Part shown: one piece after another, positions 1 to 8,229 of the stretch
Layout of the letters: each line of letters starts with the position of its first letter
Position numbering within the stretch: position 1 is the first letter of the stretch
Origin: Candidatus Bathyarchaeia archaeon
GTDB taxonomy: Archaea; Thermoproteota; Bathyarchaeia; Bathyarchaeales; Bathycorpusculaceae
Reading direction: 5' to 3'
Assembly (NCBI GenBank): GCA_049970895.1
Contig: JBMFMB010000009.1
Coordinates: 1,010 to 59,943 of the forward strand
DNA length: 58,934 nt
Program-made: the position numbers and the translations under genes
Notes under the pieces: generated by a model
What the model saw: only the letters and a program-made list of their open reading frames with translations
Database searches by the model: none
What the model was told of the DNA's origin: nothing

Positions 1-356
1 GCTTTTTCCTCATCCTTTTTAGAGGGCATGAAGTCTATGTATGGTCTTCTGCCAGTCATTACAAAATCGTACACTGTTAGCATTCCTGTCAAGTGGATGC
101 TCTGTGGAACAATCCCCATCCTTTTAGCTACTTCCCGCAATGGTATTTCGCTCAAAGATTTTTGGTTGAGATATACTGTTCCAATTTTGGGTTTTAAAAT
201 TCCATTTATTACTTTGAGAAGTGTGCTTTTGCCGGCGCCGTTCGGCCCAACAATTGACAATATTTGGCCGCTTTTTACGTATAGGGAGACTCCGTCGAGG
301 GCTTTTACGCTTTTATAGTGCACTTTCACACCTTTAACTTCAACCTCTATGACCAT
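1..356 (-). CDS. Fe/Co/Ni-complex ABC transporter ATP-binding subunit (3' end runs off window)
   Basis: Manual translation from ATG at 356: MVIEVEVKGVKVHYKSVKALDGVSL...IVGPNGAGKSTLLK (Walker A)...GIVPQ; overlaps the permease stop. Confidence 0.9.
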   Translation of the reverse strand, partial: MVIEVEVKGVKVHYKSVKALDGVSLYVKSGQILSIVGPNGAGKSTLLKVINGILKPKIGTVYLNQKSLSEIPLREVAKRMGIVPQSIHLTGMLTVYDFVMTGRRPYIDFMPSKKDEEK

Positions 357-1386
357 GTTTTCCTCCCTTGATTAAAAGATAAACCAGAAGAGGGACGCCA
401 ACAAGAGAAGTCATTATCCCAACGGGAATTATTGTGGGTGCGATAATAGTCCTTCCCATGGTGTCAGAGAGCGTTAGTATTAGCGAGCCCATCACCATTG
501 ATGTGGGCATTAGATATCTGTGGCCTCCGCCTACAAGCAGTCTTGCCGCGTGAGGTGCAATGAGGCAGACAAAGCCTATAACGCCGACGAAGGATGTTGC
601 AAGAGCTGTTCCAAGAGCCGCGACAATTGTTGTTTCCAGCCTAATCCTTTCTGGGCGAACTCCAGAAGACTTGGCTAATTCATCTCCACTTAGAATTAGG
701 TCATAGTCTAGGCTTCTATAGATGAAGTAAGGAAAGACTATTGCGATTGAGGTCAGGGCGACAAGGTCAAATTCTGTCCACGCTATTCTTCCTAAATCGC
801 CGAACGTCCAGAAAACCACTGTTGAAACAAGTATTTCGTTTAGGTAAAGATACTGCAGCAAATAGAGTATGGCTTGGTAAGAGAACGAAATTGCTATAGC
901 GGAAAGAACTAAGGCTCCAGCGCTCAAACCTGCCTTATACGCTAACAGAAGAATTATTGAAACTTGGAGTAGCGAGAAAATAAAGGCGAAGGTTGACACT
1001 AAGAATGGGTTGTAAACGTAAATTTGGAAACGCTGGATTGCGCCTCCTTGAAGAATCAGAAGCGCCACCGCCACACCTAAAGAGGCAGCAGAGGATAGAC
1101 CGAAAGTAAACGGGGAAGCTAGCGGATTTCGCATGGAAGCCTGTATTGCGGCGCCTGCGCCTCCAAGAATTGCCCCTATAACTATTGCAGCTAAAATCCT
1201 CCTAAGCCTCAAATCCCAAACAACCGTTGACAATGGGCTTTTGTCCGGCATGAAAAGCACACGTAGAATATCCAACAATGAAGCCTTATACCATCCTAAA
1301 GAAATGGATATTGGAACTAGGATAAACGTGAGAAAAATGAGGGAAAGTAGTATGAGCTGCTTCTTGCGTATTGAATGTTTCATCAT
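340..1386 (-). CDS. FecCD/BtuC-family ABC permease
   Basis: RNPLASPFTFGLSSAA, FWTFGDL, GVIGFVCLIAPHAAR and IPVGIMTSLVGVP motifs; multiple TM helices. Confidence 0.93.
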   Translation of the reverse strand: MMKHSIRKKQLILLSLIFLTFILVPISISLGWYKASLLDILRVLFMPDKSPLSTVVWDLRLRRILAAIVIGAILGGAGAAIQASMRNPLASPFTFGLSSAASLGVAVALLILQGGAIQRFQIYVYNPFLVSTFAFIFSLLQVSIILLLAYKAGLSAGALVLSAIAISFSYQAILYLLQYLYLNEILVSTVVFWTFGDLGRIAWTEFDLVALTSIAIVFPYFIYRSLDYDLILSGDELAKSSGVRPERIRLETTIVAALGTALATSFVGVIGFVCLIAPHAARLLVGGGHRYLMPTSMVMGSLILTLSDTMGRTIIAPTIIPVGIMTSLVGVPLLVYLLIKGGKHGHRG

Positions 1387-1389
1387 CGG

Positions 1390-2544
1390 CTACGACGCCT
1401 TAAACATTTCAGATAGGCATTTGAATCCGCCGTAGGCTTTCGCGTATTCTTGGTAAAGCTGTTTCCCGAGGAATGCGCTGAATATTTCGTTGGCTTTTGC
1501 TTCAGGGTCGATGTCGCCGAATCTTTCTGGATACAAGACTTTACCTATGTAATAGGCGTCGGCCAAAGCAACCGCAATATTTGTATGGTAGTAATTGTAT
1601 GGTAGTGTTCCGTAGACCTTTCCCTCTTGAAAAGCTTTTAGTTGCATGTACTTGTCTGGATCTTTGTCAAAATCCTGCTTAACTGTCGCCAGATTGCCTT
1701 CGTCTATAAAAACGATGTCTGGTTGTTCAGCTATTATGGCTTCAAAATTCCAGAAGAAGACGCCGGTTGTGTTAGAGTATTTGTCCGCGATGGAGGGTGT
1801 GTTTAGAAGAGTTAGGGGTGGAAACGGCGTTTGAGTTGTTGTAAAGGGCTGGGCTCCCTTGTAGGATACTGCGCCGACATATACTTTAGATGTTGAGTCC
1901 AAAATTTTAGTTCTCTGGTTCAAGTCGCTACAGATATTTCTAATGAAACTGATGAGCTGCTCTGCTCTTTGTTTGCGGTTCAAGGCTTCTCCAAGAATAT
2001 TTAAGGCATTTGCGAGGGCTTCCATGTCAAGTTGTCCGGCTGGTCCATAATCCATGACAATAACGGTGGCGTTGGTTTCAGCTTGCAGTCTATCTGGGTC
2101 GTAGAAGTCGCAGTATATTCTAGACATTATAATCAGGTCCGGCTTAACAGCAAGGATCAACTCGGGTGCTGGAGGTTTGCCAGGTCCACCTGGACCTATA
2201 ATTGGCAAGTTTCTAAAGGATTCACCATAGGCCATTGCATAGTCTCTTCCCGTAAATCCCCAGTTTGTTTCGCTCTGTTCAACGCCTACAAGCATGTCCG
2301 TTGCGTTTAAATAACATACCAGCCTAAGCATTCCAGGGCCTATTGCAACTATTCGGCTGACAGTTTTGGGCAGTGTGACATTTCGTCCGACAATATCCAC
2401 CACATAGCGTGCAGAAGGACTCTTTTGTTGGGGACTATAATAACGCATCACTATTGAGAAGGCTGCAGCAGCAGCTACAGCTATCAAAACTATTAAGATT
2501 ACTGTCTGAACTTTGGTTAAGCCTTTCCTGTTCATGATCTTCAC
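1390..2544 (-). CDS. Metal-chelate ABC substrate-binding protein (Peripla_BP_2 type)
   Basis: N-terminal membrane anchor, VDIVGRNVTLP..RIVA, ELILAVKPDLII, EAIIAEQPDIVF. Confidence 0.9.
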   Translation of the reverse strand: MKIMNRKGLTKVQTVILIVLIAVAAAAAFSIVMRYYSPQQKSPSARYVVDIVGRNVTLPKTVSRIVAIGPGMLRLVCYLNATDMLVGVEQSETNWGFTGRDYAMAYGESFRNLPIIGPGGPGKPPAPELILAVKPDLIIMSRIYCDFYDPDRLQAETNATVIVMDYGPAGQLDMEALANALNILGEALNRKQRAEQLISFIRNICSDLNQRTKILDSTSKVYVGAVSYKGAQPFTTTQTPFPPLTLLNTPSIADKYSNTTGVFFWNFEAIIAEQPDIVFIDEGNLATVKQDFDKDPDKYMQLKAFQEGKVYGTLPYNYYHTNIAVALADAYYIGKVLYPERFGDIDPEAKANEIFSAFLGKQLYQEYAKAYGGFKCLSEMFKAS

Positions 2545-3218
2545 CTCCTCGCCTTTAATGGTACTTTAAAATTCGGCACTATACCTCTCCCAACAACAGC
2601 CGTGCATTCGCCTAGGCAGCCTAGGCAAACTGCTTTGCCGTCAACTGTGCGAATTCTTGTTTTCATGGCGAGTTCTCCACACTTTTCGCATTTAACGCTC
2701 TCAAATATTGGAGCCCTTTCAATCTCCGCAACTTCAACTTCTTCGATTTTGAACAGGTCCTCCGGAATGTTCATCATGGACCACCCAATTTCAGTCCACA
2801 TCTTTTGCAGCCTTTCATGGTCTTTGCATGTTCCCTGTCTCTTCACAACTACTTTCTCAAAAAGCTCAATAGCCTCTTTCTTGAAGTATTTGTTTCTGAG
2901 CTTCTCAGAATCAAAGTAGACTCTGACGCCTCTCCATTCGCCTCTTTTAACCAGCGTAACGGCGTTTTTTCCAGCATCCATGTAGATTAAGCTGTTATTT
3001 CCAAGAGTACATCCCGTTGCTACCTGCACGCCGTCAGCGAAACAGTTGTTACATTCCACGATGGCTAGAATTTCCTCGCCTACAGTTTCTGCTTCACCCG
3101 CTTTTGCTAGACCGAGTTTCTGCATGGCTATTTCGGAAGCCCTCAAGCCTAAAACAACGAATGGACAGATGTGTCCATGAAAATCTTTAGCTTTTTCAAC
3201 CAAAGCTTCGTTAACCAT
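2541..3218 (-). CDS. fmdE: FmdE/FwdE-family protein with C-terminal Zn finger
   Basis: FHGHICP, C..DGVQVATGCTLG, C-terminal CEKCGE...CLGC. Confidence 0.9.
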   Translation of the reverse strand: MVNEALVEKAKDFHGHICPFVVLGLRASEIAMQKLGLAKAGEAETVGEEILAIVECNNCFADGVQVATGCTLGNNSLIYMDAGKNAVTLVKRGEWRGVRVYFDSEKLRNKYFKKEAIELFEKVVVKRQGTCKDHERLQKMWTEIGWSMMNIPEDLFKIEEVEVAEIERAPIFESVKCEKCGELAMKTRIRTVDGKAVCLGCLGECTAVVGRGIVPNFKVPLKARR

Positions 3219-3227
3219 GCAATCACC

Positions 3228-3255
3228 GTATTACTTTTTTTAAAGAATGTAATAC
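3228..3255. promoter_or_regulatory. NikR-like operator
   Basis: Perfect GTATTAC-N14-GTAATAC, 28 bp with AT-rich spacer, 9 bp upstream of the fmdE ATG; same geometry as E. coli NikR GTATGA-N16-TCATAC. Confidence 0.7.
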
Positions 3256-3377
3256 CGAAGCTTATTAAGCTTTGCTCAAAAGAAGCAAAGAAAATAACGA
3301 TAAAAACTCCTGAAAACGACTACTCTAAGACGTGCTAAAACGCTAGTTTTCTTTCAATTTTGGCTGTTCTTTTGCTC

Positions 3378-3756
3378 CTACTTACCTATATTCCATGGGA
3401 CAATGTAGATTTTTGTTCCCTCCTTCTGTCCCCTAATTAGTTCAAGATGACGTAGAATTGCAATTTGAACTCCAACCCCCGCCGTGAAAAATTCTTCCAC
3501 CGTCACTTTTTCCTTCGACGTGACAAGATTATATATGGCCTTCTGTGTTTCTGTAAGTTTTCTTCAGTTTTCACCCCAGCCATTTTCAAAGTTTGTTTGG
3601 CAGAATAAACAGCCAGCGGTCACACGTTCTCACGTGAAAAGCTCTATCAAAATAGCAGTCCTCACAGATTCTAAGCCCAGACCAAACATGAGTTTCTTTA
3701 ATGGAAACCTCTTGTCTACACAGTTGGCAATCCGCTTTTTCAACAGTCTCATTCAT
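3378..3756 (-). pseudogene. Frameshifted Zn-finger + wHTH protein
   Basis: GGAGG RBS then MNE..CQLC..CEDC..RTCD; restoring one base at about 3618 and one at about 3559 gives (P)LAVYSAKQTLKMAGVKTEE(K)LTETQKAIYNLV...ILRHLELIRGQKEGTKIYIVPW, stop at 3378. Confidence 0.7.
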
Positions 3757-3847
3757 ATACGCTCCTCCAAATCCAGAATTAATGATGACCGCCGAAACGT
3801 TGAACCTTTCCATAAAACATGCGGCAATGTTTTTCAGCAATATTTCC

Positions 3848-3878
3848 ATTACAGTGGACAAGAGGTTTCCACTGTAAT
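3848..3878. repeat. 11-bp perfect inverted repeat (hairpin)
   Basis: ATTACAGTGGA-N9-TCCACTGTAAT. Confidence 0.85.
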
Positions 3879-3967
3879 ACCTTACATTACAACATCGTCG
3901 TGTATTATTATTGGAAGATAAGTCTTATCAAAACATGTTTTGGATTCTTGCTTGTACGTTTTGTGGA

Positions 3968-4309
3968 TTATATTAGGGCTGGGTTTACTTCATATGTTAG
4001 TCCTTCTTTTGTTGGGTTTGTTATGTTTGGGCTTATTATTCCTCCGCCTTTGAGTTCGACTATAAGCTTGTTCATGTTCACATTTAATCCCTGTTTCTCG
4101 GCTGCCAGTTTTATTAGGTTTGGTTTGATTTTAAAGGTTGAGGGTTGTTTAGAGTGGATTATTTCTTGCCTTATTTCCTTGAAGACTGCCAGCATTTTTT
4201 CGGCTTCTGGTTCTGCTATCTCTTCCAAGTATTTTTTAACTGCGATTTCGGGGTTCCATTCGCCTGTTTCTCTCGTATGGTTTATTAGGTGTCTTATTAC
4301 GTTTGGCAT
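3968..4309 (-). CDS. Hypothetical protein with wHTH-like C-terminus, possibly a gene fragment
   Basis: 113-aa ORF ending LIVELKGGGIISP...LTYEVNP. Confidence 0.5.
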   Translation of the reverse strand: MPNVIRHLINHTRETGEWNPEIAVKKYLEEIAEPEAEKMLAVFKEIRQEIIHSKQPSTFKIKPNLIKLAAEKQGLNVNMNKLIVELKGGGIISPNITNPTKEGLTYEVNPALI

Positions 4310-4346
4310 TTCATATGTTTCGCCAGCCTTAGCGGTGCTTTTGTAA

Positions 4347-4430
4347 AAATCGTGACTTATATGAATTGTTCAATTCGTGACCGAAACTCTTACCTTCGCC
4401 GTAAACATCTTTTATATACAATTCGTGACC
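4347..4430. repeat. Direct repeats CAATTCGTGACC x2 plus a partial third copy
   Basis: Copies at 4371-4382 and 4419-4430; TCGTGAC also at 4350-4356; inverted repeat GAATTG-TT-CAATTC at 4363-4376. Confidence 0.75.
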
Positions 4431-4497
4431 TGTTGACTAACATATAGAAGAATGCATTTTTACTGCAAAAATTGAGGCTTTCATTCAATCGAAGCCC

Positions 4498-4791
4498 TCA
4501 ACCTTTTAAAATTCTTCTTAAAAATCTGATGACGTCGTTATTCATAAGTAAATCGTGCATAATCTCGCCCCTTTTTGTCTTTTTGTAATATCTGAGCGTT
4601 CTTTTTCCAACGTTCTTTTCCACACAGTCGACCAATCCAGCCGGTATTAGAATGCTATCAAACCACCTGCGGAACGCTTCCTCGTTACCCAGTAATTTTA
4701 TTAAATCCCATCTTAAAGCTTCGCCTTTCCTGTTCAATACTCTGAGAAGATGGAGGCAAATATCACGTGACGTTCTACGAGCCAGCGCCAC
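4498..4791 (-). CDS. Winged-helix DNA-binding protein
   Basis: Small basic ORF with LIPAGLV...YYKKTKRG wing pattern. Confidence 0.65.
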   Translation of the reverse strand: MALARRTSRDICLHLLRVLNRKGEALRWDLIKLLGNEEAFRRWFDSILIPAGLVDCVEKNVGKRTLRYYKKTKRGEIMHDLLMNNDVIRFLRRILKG

Positions 4792-5161
4792 TAGTCGATG
4801 TCTCCTGCAATCTCTTCTTAATTTCCCTCAGCTCCTTCTCAGCATCTATTAAGCCTTTATACTCTTTGACTGTTTCAAGGTAGTCCCGCCATAGAAGAAC
4901 CGCATATATGATGTTTATTCCGCAGATTGTCAGAAGAGATAAAGCTACTGCGAAGTTTTCCGGTAAGCGTAGGAAGTAAAGGCCTAATGCCATAAATACG
5001 CCGCTGTATATGGCAAGGGTTACACAGAAATACTTAAAGTTTCTAGCCTTCTTAGCAACTCCTTTCGCAAAACTTATGGCATCTTCAGCAAATTTAACGG
5101 CATCTTCCCTAAGTTCCTTATAAATTTTGCTAAGCTCTTCTAACTCTAGTTTTTCTCCCAT
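4775..5161 (-). CDS. Hypothetical 2-TM membrane protein with coiled-coil ends
   Basis: Two hydrophobic helices between charged helical termini; overlaps the wHTH start. Confidence 0.6.
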   Translation of the reverse strand: MGEKLELEELSKIYKELREDAVKFAEDAISFAKGVAKKARNFKYFCVTLAIYSGVFMALGLYFLRLPENFAVALSLLTICGINIIYAVLLWRDYLETVKEYKGLIDAEKELREIKKRLQETSTSGAGS

Positions 5162-5236
5162 AAAACGAAGTTTGAATCACAACACTATAATAAGTTTAAT
5201 CCCCGCTACCTCGCTATGATAAAGATGTGCTATGAC

Positions 5237-5277
5237 GTAAGTTCTAGAACTTACTATAATTCTAAGTTCTAGAATTT
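5237..5277. promoter_or_regulatory. Tandem palindromic operator in a divergent intergenic region
   Basis: Perfect 18-bp palindrome GTAAGTTCTAGAACTTAC (5237-5254) and near-copy TAAGTTCTAGAATTT (5263-5277). Confidence 0.6.
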
Positions 5278-5310
5278 TGCCTAAAAGGTGAGTCCTTACA
5301 CCAGTTACTT

Positions 5311-6804
5311 ATGATGGATGTCTATAACAAGGTGCAAAAGTTCTGTCCCAATTGTGGTAGTGCTGACATTAAGCCGAAAGGATACGTTATCACTAAGAGT
5401 TTAGGATTGGTTAGGCAGTTAGAGTGTAGGGCTTGTAAGCATCGCTTCCGAGATAGGTATTGTGGCAGGTGGAAAGCCACAATGTTGCCAGGCAACTTGC
5501 TGACACTTTGCCACAAGAAATCAATTTCTGAAATCATCAAAGATCTTTCTGGCAGTGTGAAAGTATCGCGTTCAACGGTTTACTTGGAGATACAGCGTAG
5601 GCTCCAAGATATCCCTGACTGGAGAAAGTTACTGTACGATGAAGAAGTTAGGCGGATGTGGGGCGGAATAATGGGCATCGACACGACAAAAATTAATGTT
5701 GGTAATGAGGAGCACACATACTTACACGTCGCCGATAATCCCTCAGGACTGCCGTTAGCCTACCAGGTGTTAGAGAGGGAGACCGCAACCCTCATTACGG
5801 CGGTTTTACAAGAAGTACGCCATGCAGGCTACTGGCCAAGGCTGATAGTAACGGATCTGGCGGCTGAACTGTTGGATGCTGTTAGAGGGGTTTTTCCCAA
5901 AGTTCCGATACAAGCGTGCCCGTTCCACTTGCTCCGTTGGCTTAATGAGCAGCTACCGACGAAGCGCAAAAAACTACCGCCTTGGCAGCGCGCAATACGG
6001 GTCCAAATCAAGAAAAAGATCATTATGGCAGCTTTGGCTCTTACGGTCGAAGACCGCCGAGAAATAATGGAGAGCTTATGCAAATTGCAAAGCAACCTAG
6101 TGGGCGCTGAGAGGCAGGTTATAGAGCAGTTCGCCAGTAGACTTGAAGCTGGATATTATCACACGTTGAAAGAGTTGGCCGCACTGAGTTGCGAACCAAG
6201 ATACGCCTATAACAATGTTTGCGAAAGAAGTATGGAGTTCGTTAAAGATTTAGAGCGCCGTATGCGAGGCTTCAAAAAAACTGAGAACGTGCAGGGATAC
6301 ATAAACTTACTATGGTATTACAGGATTAAGGAGAGAATCGAGAAACCCTCAAGCATCGAGTACTGGAACAGCAAGCATATGGCTAAGCAAATACTTGAAC
6401 TAGCGTCAAAAGGAATAGTGGACATTGTGAATCTTGAAGATACCTCTAGAATAACTAAAATTCCACTCGACATAATCAGGAATATGTCCAGCCAGCTTGG
6501 GCTAGTTACAGTGTCAAAGTTCGCTTTTTCAGCGCGCTATATGAGGAGACTATATAGAACACTGCTGAGAAAGAAGCCAGCTACAATTAAGGAGGCTGCA
6601 GTTGTTGTTGAATTAGATACACAAACGATTGTTGAACTTTTACCCAGGATAGGCTTAAAAATAAGATTTAGGGCGCTTGATCCCGCAAATATTTATATCG
6701 TTTATCCAGAAAGTAACTTCAGTGATACTATCATGGAAGACTTCAAAAGCCAGAGCTATGCAGCGCCAATAAACTTAATGTACTGGCTTAAAAATCCGAG
6801 CTAA
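5311..6804 (+). CDS. DDE transposase, IS256/MULE-like, with N-terminal Zn ribbon and C-terminal extension
   Basis: CPNCGS...CRAC ribbon; GIDTT (D1), IVTD (D2), QACPFH (CxxH), NNVCER (E), then RGFK. Confidence 0.8.
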   Translation: MMDVYNKVQKFCPNCGSADIKPKGYVITKSLGLVRQLECRACKHRFRDRYCGRWKATMLPGNLLTLCHKKSISEIIKDLSGSVKVSRSTVYLEIQRRLQDIPDWRKLLYDEEVRRMWGGIMGIDTTKINVGNEEHTYLHVADNPSGLPLAYQVLERETATLITAVLQEVRHAGYWPRLIVTDLAAELLDAVRGVFPKVPIQACPFHLLRWLNEQLPTKRKKLPPWQRAIRVQIKKKIIMAALALTVEDRREIMESLCKLQSNLVGAERQVIEQFASRLEAGYYHTLKELAALSCEPRYAYNNVCERSMEFVKDLERRMRGFKKTENVQGYINLLWYYRIKERIEKPSSIEYWNSKHMAKQILELASKGIVDIVNLEDTSRITKIPLDIIRNMSSQLGLVTVSKFAFSARYMRRLYRTLLRKKPATIKEAAVVVELDTQTIVELLPRIGLKIRFRALDPANIYIVYPESNFSDTIMEDFKSQSYAAPINLMYWLKNPS

Positions 6805-6832
6805 GCGGGGGGTTCTGCGTGGTGAGTGAGAG

Positions 6833-8158
6833 TTAGTCGTTTGCGGTTTCATGGGCTTTGCTTTTAAGCTTTTGTGTGCTTGTTCCTTGGTGGTTTAATG
6901 ACCGAGGAATTTGTTGTTGTTCGGCGGGCTGATCTGGAGAGGTTGTTGCAGGAGTTGGATGGTTTGAAGAGGCTTTTGGCGGAGAGGCGTTCTGACCGTT
7001 TAGCAGGGAGCGGACAAGCTGCTCCAGCTGCTCGATCCTAGCCATTATGGCCTCATCTTTTCTGCGCTCCTCTTCCTCCATTTTTTCCGCAAGCCTCCTA
7101 TCCAATACTAAGCCGCAGAAATTGCATCTTACCGCGTCAGGCGCGTTTCGCGTCTTGCATCTTGGACACTCGGCGGTTTTCAGCACGTCTTCATGCCTTT
7201 TACCCTCTTCTAGTCCGTGTAGTTGGAGGATGGCCTCTTCAAGGTCGCGTGCTGAGAAGTGGACGTAGCGCCTTGTCATCCTCGATCCTTGAACCCAGCC
7301 AGCGTAAAGCTCAAGCCTAGCCTCTGTCAGGATCTTCGCCATGTTGGTTAAAGCGGTGTGTCGGAAGAGGTATGGCCAAACATCTTTGGCTATGCCCGCC
7401 TTCTTAGCAAGCCTCTTGAGGAGCCTGCGTAGGTATGCGTAGCTTACGCGTCCGCCCTTCGAGTTGTTGCTTAGGGATGCCCAAAGCGGCGCTTTTGGAT
7501 CGCCCCTTTCAGGATGCTTTTGAAGCCAGTCGATTAGGGGTTTAAAGCTTGCCACTAGGGGAATCCTCTTCACGCCTGTCTTGCCGACAACGGATATTAG
7601 GCAGTAGCCTTCCTTGAACTGGACGCTTCCAATGGTCATTCCGAGAAGCTCTCCTGGACGGAGGGCGGCTTCGAACAGGACGCTGACAAGCGCCCTATCC
7701 CTCTCGTTTTCGGCAGCCGCCATCATGCGCTTAACCTCGTCGATGGTTAGGAGGTTTTCAGGCTTCACCCGGCTGTCCCTGTCGTCCCTCGTCCTAACGC
7801 TGAACCATGCAACCTCAGGAGGCACAGGCGTCTTCCTGGCGCAGCTTCCAAGCTTAGCGTACTGGACAATCTTCCTGACAACAAGCCTCAAGTCGTCCTT
7901 CGTGCTCGACTTATAGGGCTGATTGTTTATCCAGCCTACGACGCCCTCGACATCCCTAACCGTAGCCTTTGAAGGGTTGAAGGGACAGCTCCTAAACAAT
8001 GTGCAAAGGTGGTTGGCGACTTTGGCAACCCTACCCTCAGAAAGCCCCAAAGCCAACAAATGATCAACAAAGGCCAATAGCAAATCAGAATGCCTGAGCT
8101 GGGTAAGCCTCCGCCTAGCGCTCTGAAGCCTCCTGGAGTACCCGTGGACGTCAACCAT
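6833..8158 (-). CDS. Tyrosine recombinase/integrase with C-terminal Zn ribbon
   Basis: ALRPGE, GKTG, PYLFRH, AGW, RRYVH catalytic set; CPRC...CNFC; likely start MVDVHG at 8158 with TTTTTAAG box about 25-30 bp upstream. Confidence 0.92.
   Translation of the reverse strand: MVDVHGYSRRLQSARRRLTQLRHSDLLLAFVDHLLALGLSEGRVAKVANHLCTLFRSCPFNPSKATVRDVEGVVGWINNQPYKSSTKDDLRLVVRKIVQYAKLGSCARKTPVPPEVAWFSVRTRDDRDSRVKPENLLTIDEVKRMMAAAENERDRALVSVLFEAALRPGELLGMTIGSVQFKEGYCLISVVGKTGVKRIPLVASFKPLIDWLQKHPERGDPKAPLWASLSNNSKGGRVSYAYLRRLLKRLAKKAGIAKDVWPYLFRHTALTNMAKILTEARLELYAGWVQGSRMTRRYVHFSARDLEEAILQLHGLEEGKRHEDVLKTAECPRCKTRNAPDAVRCNFCGLVLDRRLAEKMEEEERRKDEAIMARIEQLEQLVRSLLNGQNASPPKASSNHPTPATTSPDQPAEQQQIPRSLNHQGTSTQKLKSKAHETAND
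6898..7041 (+). CDS. 47-aa small helical protein antisense to the integrase tail
   Basis: GGTGG then ATG; MTEEFVVVRRADLERLLQELDGLKRLLAERRSDRLAGSGQAAPAARS*. Confidence 0.45.
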   Translation: MTEEFVVVRRADLERLLQELDGLKRLLAERRSDRLAGSGQAAPAARS

Positions 8159-8229
8159 TTCAAAGGCGTATGAACCTGAAGACTTAAAAATGCCGTCTAT
8201 GGTCAGCGCACCAGAACTAGAGGTATTAG

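Larger units (their letters stand above)
3900..8229. mobile_element. Integrase-associated island at the 3' end of tRNA-Gly (left boundary uncertain)
   Basis: Integrase directly downstream of the tRNA, plus a transposase and small regulators; no att duplicate seen. Confidence 0.55.

Noticed and set aside
2610-2626. Tandem palindrome GCCTAGGC x2
   Set aside because: Explained by the coding repeat CLGCLG in FmdE
3782-3840. ATGATGA as box C of another sRNA
   Set aside because: No properly spaced C'/D boxes or terminal stem
3260-6830. Second att copy for the tRNA-Gly island
   Set aside because: No match to GCGGCCGCCGGGATTCGAACCCGGG seen by eye
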